A stretch of 31,326 nt of DNA from Paramecium tetraurelia. Its lineage: Eukaryota. Position 1 is the stretch's first letter. Each line of letters opens with the position of its first letter. Made by a program: the position numbers and the translations under genes. The DNA is taken from assembly GCA_000165425.1 (NCBI GenBank), contig CT868230.1, positions 496,001 to 527,326 on the forward strand, written 5' to 3'. Shown piece after piece: positions 24,607 to 31,326 of this stretch. The notes beneath the pieces were generated by a model. The model was not told the origin of the DNA, made no database searches, and was given only the letters and a program-made list of their open reading frames with translations.

Positions 24607-25947
24607 ATGGAAATATCACCTAAAAAAATAGATATAGGTATATCATTTAAAATATTGAAATTAGGAATACAATGCGAGGTGCTGTAAAGAGAATACATTC
24701 CCCCAAACATTTAATCAACATTTTTCCATGAATCTGAAGGCTGGAGCATATTTTATAGATCTAGAACGATATCTTTGTTAATTTTTATGCTTGTTACACT
24801 TTATATTACAAGTTATTGGTTTCAAAGTTCAACGCTCCAAGAAAGTGCATATATCGGATATATCTTCAGTTTCTTGGCTTTTTGTGCTTATGGAGGCAGC
24901 TATTTTCCAAACACTCTTATATAAAGACCACATCCATTATTTTGGAGATTATTATAAAGTTGGGCTTGTGTTTATATGATGAGCATTGTTTTCCTCATTT
25001 ATTTTGTATAATTTTGTTCTTATTCTCTAGACTCCTGAATAACTATAGCAATTTTTGTAGCAGTTTATTGATCCAAAGTTAGGAAGACCACTCCCTTCCA
25101 AAAGCTATGCAGAAGATTGTAGATTTTATACTCCAGAGAATGAACATTCAAAGTTTTATAATCTGACGAGTTCATTTGATGTATTTGTCCCAGCTCACAT
25201 TTTTGGGTGGACTGTTAAAATGTGGATCTTAAGAGACTTTAAACTTGCTATGATCCAATAGATTGCTTTTGAATTCATGGAAATTACATTTAGACATTGG
25301 CTACCTAATTTTTGGGAATGCTGGTGGGATCATGTCATTTTAGACATTATTGTTTGTAATACTGGAGGAATTGTGGTGGGTTATTACACAATGAAATTAT
25401 TTGGAATGAAGGAATATAAATGGTCTTTAAGAAAAGAAAATAGAAAGGATTCTTGGTTTAAGAACTTGAAGCGATTATGTTTAAGTCCTTAGTTAGATAA
25501 AATTGAATGGAAGGTCTTTTCTTCTGTTAAGAGATTTTTATTAGTAATTTGGTTTTTAGTTTTTATGAACCTTTGCGACTTAAGCTTCTTTTTTAATAAA
25601 TTTGTTCTTTAAATCAATACAGCACACAATGTTATGAAATTCAGAGTGTTTCCTTTGGGTTTCTTCTCTATAGTTGCCGCTCGAGATTATTACGTCTATA
25701 TTTCAGATGAGTAAATAATATTAATATCTCCAGGAATGTAACAAGACTAGGTCCTAATGCTTGGTTGATGCATGCTATAGTTTTAGGAGAATGGGTCCTT
25801 TTCTTTAGAAATTATTAAGGAATTTTTGTAGAGAAATTCCCTACTTATATCATAATTATATGGATAGGAATATTCACATTATTTTTTGTCACATTATTCT
25901 CAATATGGAAAAGAGAGAGAAGATTAAATAAACTTAAGTAAAGTTGA
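24607..25947 (+). CDS. PTDSS: Phosphatidylserine synthase (base-exchange, PSS family)
   Basis: RPHPLFWR, DPKLGRPLPSKSYAEDCRFYTPE, DVFVPAHIFGW, FEFMEITFRHWLPNFWECWWDHVILDIIVCN; multiple TM segments; three tiny introns. Confidence 0.95.
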
Positions 25948-25972
25948 TGTGTATAATGTATTATTAAAATAT

Positions 25973-26380
25973 TCAATCGTTTAGATTAATCTCAGGTTGT
26001 AATGGTATTTAACTTTATCTGTTTGAATTTCTTTGTTTAGGCTAGTCATATTTAATTTTGAATTCATGCTCAGTAATGATCAAGTTTCCCTAAAGTGGAT
26101 CCCAGACAATCACTTTTGGTTCTTCCTTCTTTTAATAACCTGGAAATCCAAAAATGCTCTCCTTTTCCTTACCTTCTAATAATAATGTTTTATAGAATTC
26201 TTCCTCCTTTTCTTTAGCCGTCTTGATATTTTTCTTAAAAGTCTCAATGTCTTATTTTAATCTGAAAATAGACATTCATTACTTTTCTGATTTATCTTTT
26301 TAGAATAATTCTTCGCATTGTTTTACATTGAACAATATTTCACTCTTTGCACTAAACAATTCATCCTGATCCTGACTCAT
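25973..26380 (-). CDS. Small hypothetical protein (~128 aa)
   Basis: ATG 26380, one 21-nt intron, helical N-half then IFGFPG...VIVWDP, TGA 25975-25973. Confidence 0.75.
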
Positions 26381-26411
26381 TATTATAAACAATATTTAAA
26401 ATTAATTATTT

Positions 26412-26966
26412 ATGATTTCTTAACCAGATAAGGAACAAAATACAGAGGATAAGGAAATTGTCATTATAGTAAATGAGAAAAATGAAATTATCGGTTAATC
26501 CCCAAGAAATGAGATGAGATAACAGAAACTAATTCACAGAGCCACTTATATTTTTGTACTTCAGACAAAAACTAATAAATTATTTGTTCATAAAAGATCA
26601 TTGGAAAAAAGATATTGCCCTGGGTATCTTGATACCTGTTTTGGAGGAGTAGTTGCAATTAATGAAACATATGAGACAAATGCAACAAAAGAAATCCATG
26701 AAGAAATTGGATTGTAAAATGTGAATATTATTCCAAAGAATGAATTTTATTATGAGGATCAAATTAGTAAAATCTGGGGGAAAATATTTTATTTATATTT
26801 TGATGGAGAGGCTAATTAGTTAACTCCATAATTAGAGGAGGTAGAATACATTGATTTGAAACAAGTCAAAGATGTACTAGCATCTGATGATAAATGGACT
26901 CCTGATGGAATGCAAGCATTAAAATTATTCATCGATGAAATGCCAGAATTGATAAAACATTAATGA
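26412..26966 (+). CDS. Nudix hydrolase, YfcD/IDI-like subfamily (184 aa), intronless
   Basis: [35 protein letters not shown]...KRS..KRYCPGYLDTCFGGVV..NETYETNATKEIHEEIG (Nudix box), FYYED..SKIWG, QLEEV, WTPDG. Confidence 0.92.
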
Positions 26967-26992
26967 GATTATTTTTAATTTAAGATAGATTC

Positions 26993-29153
26993 TCAATATT
27001 CTGTAGATAATTACTTAAATTTTTATCGATTAAATCCCTTGAATGCTGATGATGGTGTTGCTTGTTTATTTCTTTATAAGAACTATCGCCCTATCATATC
27101 TGCTTGATATTTTAAAGGAAGAGCAGAACTGTCAAGATTAATTCCGGTTGAATTTTTAGTTGAATGTATCCTTGAACATTCTCCACCTTGAATTGATTCA
27201 ACAGAACTTAATAAATTTACACTGCTTGCTATTCCTCTCCTAATTTAACCTTACAACGAACGATAACTAAAGTTATTCTAAGGTTATAGTTTGACCGCTG
27301 ATTTAATTCTTGTTAACATTTAGCCTGTAGTCATTGAAGGGTAATTTGTAATATATAATTTCTTATCCTTAAATTCTTCTTTATCAACCCTTTGCTAAAT
27401 TGCCATTTACTCAATTTTTTATGGAGTAAGTTTCATAAAAAAAATTATCTTATTTTGGATAACATCATTATAATTTCTTGCTTTCTTTTTAATTGTAATT
27501 TTTTTCGATTCTTATTCTTAGGTTGGGGTTGAAGTAACCATAAATGCTTTCGAATTATGAAGTGATTTTTATTTATTGTCCTCTGGCTATGTAGTTAAAT
27601 ATTGATTAATTGTAATTGTTGGTTAAGATTCAGCAGCATTGGCCTTAGCTATATCATCCTTTTGTTGGGTTAATATTCTGCCTGTGCTTGGTCTATTATG
27701 CTACTGAATGACTCCCTAACTAACCTAATTAACGAAAGATAACGGCCGATAATTCGCACTTTTAACTCTTCTTTATTAAATGGTTTCGATTGTGTTTACC
27801 AAAAAGGGAGTAGCTTTTTTTTCCTACATATTATGAAAATAATACTCCTAATTAAAAATAAGGACAATATCTCAGCATTATATCCATATCATCGTTAATT
27901 GTAACTTAATCTCTGGATATAAATTGCATCTCCTTATCATTCATTATAATCTGTTTTAATTGTTTTGATCTTTCAACATATTTTTAGTAGTCAAATTTTT
28001 AGATATCATCATTCTAAATCTGCTTTTATTATCCAGCTTCTAAAGGGTTAGCATGCTTTTCCTTCCAAGCATTATAATATTTTTTCTTTTCATCTCGAAT
28101 CTTTTGGATAGCATCTACAATATCTGGATATCTCTGCTCAATCCTTTTGTAATCGATTCTATTTAACTTATATACTATTCCAATTTAACTTGAACAGATA
28201 GCTTTCCATTATCTCCTCTCTTCATCGAGAAATTCTTCAAGCCCAATACTTTCATTTTTTCCTAAAATACAGATCTCTGATTCTCGCTCCAAACATTTAA
28301 TTTCATTGCTGTCATCCTTTTCTTCTTTTTTATAAATATTGGAAACCATTTTAAACTCACCTTCTATGATAAAATATAAACTGCTTCCTTTTTCTCCATA
28401 TTTATAAATGATATCTCCATAATTATACACTTTTCTCTCCATTATCATAAATGATGCTTTGACGGTGTTCTTCGATATTTCTTTTAAAATGGAATTGCAA
28501 CTTAAAGTATCAAGCAGATGCAAAAATTATCGCTTTGTCTTTGTAGCCATTATTCTATCAAAAGAATCCTTGTCTAACCCTAATATGAATGAATCTGTAA
28601 CTGAGATAACATCTGCTCCTCTTGGTTTTCTTTCCTTTTATTAGATAATTATTTACTAATAAAGCTAATTCGCCAAAATAGTCTCCATCGTTTAATGTCA
28701 TAATTTCTTTTATCTATTCATGATATTTATCTCTTTTTTTTCCTTTTTTGGTAATATATGATCCAATATTAGTTACTACTCTTTTCACAACTTTCACTTA
28801 TCCTTTTATTATTATATAAGAAGTATCTCCATATGTATCCTACTTAATAATTGTCTCATTCTTGCTATAAACATGCAATTTTGCATTTTCTGCCACATCC
28901 TCCAGCATCCCTTCATAATGCTCATTAAATTATTCCTTGAAAAACTTGATATTTCTAAAAGAGTTTATTAATAATCTAGTTTCATGGGGTTTTCTAAATG
29001 AAACCGGCTTCTTACATATTTCTATGATTTGCTCTAACTTAATTAAAATATTACTTCAACTCCAGATTCTTAGTGCACCTATTATTATTCAGGATTTGAA
29101 TGTAAGCTGCTAGATCTTCTTTTGGCTGCAGAAACCTTTTTTGGTCTATTCAT
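26993..29153 (-). CDS. Tandem cyclic-nucleotide-binding domain protein with long disordered C-terminal tail
   Basis: CNB-1: IIKQDTYGDTSYIIIKGQV...DGDYFGELALLERKPRGADV; CNB-2: IIYKYGEKGSSLYFIIEGE...SIGLEE (track ORF 28209-28523); several tiny introns, not all mapped exactly. Confidence 0.88.
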
Positions 29154-29481
29154 CCTTAAGCGTAATATTATTTATATTTTAATAAAAATACTCCTTAGAG
29201 AGTTTATATTAGAATTTAAACCTAAATAAAGACAAGGTTGTTAAAATTGTTCATTTTTAAATTAATTTTAATGCAGTTCATTTAAAACTCATTAAAAGTG
29301 TTAACTTGACAATGAATGAAAATATATTGTTGAAAATTAGTAGGAATGATGGAAGATCTGTTCTCTCTTAAGATTTTGAAGTTATAAGAGTTACAAAGAA
29401 CTAATTGATAACTCAACTTTCTTAAAATTAATTATTGTTATTGATTCTGAAACTGCTATTAATTAAATAATTCGCTTTTTT

Positions 29482-30638
29482 ATGGGTAACAAATCAGGAT
29501 CAGAATTTGGAGGCATAATGATTAGAACAGAAAAATCTTTATATTTTGCTGGAGATGTGGTCAAAGGTAAAATTTTCCAATATTATAGGAAATATTTACC
29601 TTCATATAATTAAACCAGGTTATCATGGAAACGTTGTTCAATTTTCGATTGTAGGAAAAGAGAAAACTCAGTGGACAACTGGTTCTGGTAAACACAGAAG
29701 GACTCACTATGGAAAAAATGTATTCCATAGGGATGCTGTTGTAATTAATACATTTTTAGATGAAAATTTAATGGTTGGATAATTTGTTTTTCCTTTTGAA
29801 TTACATCTTCCATCAAATCTGCCTGGGTCTTTTTAGTATGCACATGCCGTTCTGGCAAGTCTTAATTATAAGGTCAAGGCTCGAGTAATATCAACTTCTA
29901 AATCAATTAATGATATCAAGAATAAATAAGAGATCATAATTAGAGAACCAATCAAAGAAATTTTATAAGTTTCTTCAAAATAAGAGACTGCTAATCTCAC
30001 TACATGGTGCTGTAAAAAACAAGGAGTAAAATGTCATTAAATATCTAGTCTTCCTCAATATCTGCAAAAGTAGAGAAAAATTTATATTTTCCAGGAGAAT
30101 TTGTTCAAATAACATATGATATTGATAATTCAGATTGTAAGCTTAATATAGAAAATGTCGATGTGATTATAGTGAATAGACTAAACATCAAATCTAATTC
30201 AGGATCTTAATGCCACCTAGAATTTTAACTAAGTGCTTTATCTCAAAATGGATTATAAAAAGGATTGAAAATATAACCTGCTTCTTAAATTGGATGTTCT
30301 TTACAATTGGTTAATACTAAACAACCATAAATTGTTCTCACGCCTTCAACAACAGGAAATTTTGTGAATTCATCATACTATGTGAAAATACTTCCAAATT
30401 TTGAAGGTAGAGAGTTGAAATATTTATAGGTTGTACGTGTTGTAGTTCAAAACCAATAGTATTAGTACCGATAACTCTATTAGCAGTTCTTCCAAATGAT
30501 TACTTAGAACCTATCTAGTAGCCTGAAAATTGGTAACCATAAGCCTTTTAGCCGTTGATTATAAAATCGAATAACATAGACCCTTTCAATAACAATAACA
30601 CAGATTTGAAAAATATGGCTAATCCTATGAATAGTTGA
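29482..30638 (+). CDS. Arrestin-domain (alpha-arrestin-like) protein, N-terminus MGNKSG
   Basis: LYFAGDVVKGNIYL, GKEKTQW, GQFVFPFELHLPSNLPGSF, LNYKVKA, LYFPGE, IDNS, TPSTTG; three tiny introns; TGA 30636-30638. Confidence 0.88.
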
Positions 30639-31204
30639 TTTATTTAGATAAATATTCATCCAATTAATGTTGTAAAATTCTAATCACTATGAATAAAATA
30701 GGCAGAATTCTGTATTATAATTCTATAAATAAAAATATAAAATTGATATACTCAATCTTGCAGTTATGTAAATAGATTCAAAATATCATTTAATTTATGT
30801 TTATTCTTACATAAAAATTATTATATTAATTCATAAAATGTATGTCCCTTTCGTTCTCAAGAATTTGAGCAATTTGAAGTTAGAAATGAATTCTCAATTC
30901 TTCAACCTGAAGGTTTGTTTTTCACAATTAAGATGCGAAATTAGTAGAAAATGAAAGGAATAAAAGTAAAATTGAATTGTTTAATCAGCCATTAGTCTAA
31001 CAAAAATTTCAGTTAAAGAAAATTATTTTTGTGAATTGTAGCATGGGCGTGGAGGGAAGATCAAATAATATTTACTTACAAAATGCTACATGTAATAATG
31101 AAAATAATTTCAATCAGAGAGAAAACCAGCTGGACTAAGGAAATTGCTTTAGTAGAGGCGTCACCTTTGAAGCATTATGAGATGCACAGTGGTAGTTCGC
31201 TAAA

Positions 31205-31321
31205 GGTTTGGGGTTGGGTTTGGGGTTGGGGTTGGGGTTGGGGTAGGGGTTGGGGTTGGGTTTGGGGTTGGGGTTGGGGTTGGGTTTGGGTTTGGGTTTG
31301 GGGTTGGGGTTGGGGTTGGGT
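31205..31321 (+). repeat. Macronuclear telomere, mixed GGGGTT/GGGTTT repeats
   Basis: 18 full hexamers (12 G4T2, 5 G3T3, 1 G4TA) plus partial units at each end; G-rich strand runs 5' to 3' towards the end. Confidence 0.97.
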
Positions 31322-31326
31322 GCACT

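Noticed and set aside
31067..31140. NIYL and EKTSWT words resembling the neighbouring arrestin (NIYL...EKTQWT)
   Set aside because: Different frames and shorter spacing than in the arrestin; too short to distinguish from chance
1..31326. CRISPR arrays, tRNA/rRNA genes, transposase or prokaryotic operon
   Set aside because: None recognisable; the only tandem arrays are the telomere and a short TA repeat

Overview
AT-rich eukaryotic DNA that reads as the last ~31 kb of a Paramecium macronuclear (somatic) chromosome. Three things support this. Genes use ciliate code 6 (TAA/TAG = Gln, only TGA stops; e.g. the catalytic GQRC of the aldehyde dehydrogenase is GGT-TAA-AGG-TGC). Genes are split by tiny ~21-31 nt GT..AG introns and are tightly packed. 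The window ends in a mixed G4T2/G3T3 telomere tract. The supplied ORF track uses the standard code, so it shows only fragments or artefacts. By hand I reconstruct about 22 genes: a Hook-like dynein adaptor, methylmalonate-semialdehyde dehydrogenase, a minimal DHHC palmitoyltransferase, a MORN-repeat protein, a divergent Rab, two paralogous arrestin-domain proteins, a mitochondrial TPR-like protein, a Kelch protein, phosphatidylserine synthase, a bacterial YfcD-like Nudix hydrolase, a tandem cNMP-binding protein, two RVxF-motif proteins and several orphans. There is also a frameshifted WD40 pseudogene and other decayed intervals. All family calls come from motif recognition by eye, with no searches run. 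I found no clear novel multi-gene system. The best leads are the intronless YfcD-like gene (possible horizontal transfer), the Rab lacking the switch-I Thr, the acylated arrestin pair, and a recurring ATTACGTA upstream motif.
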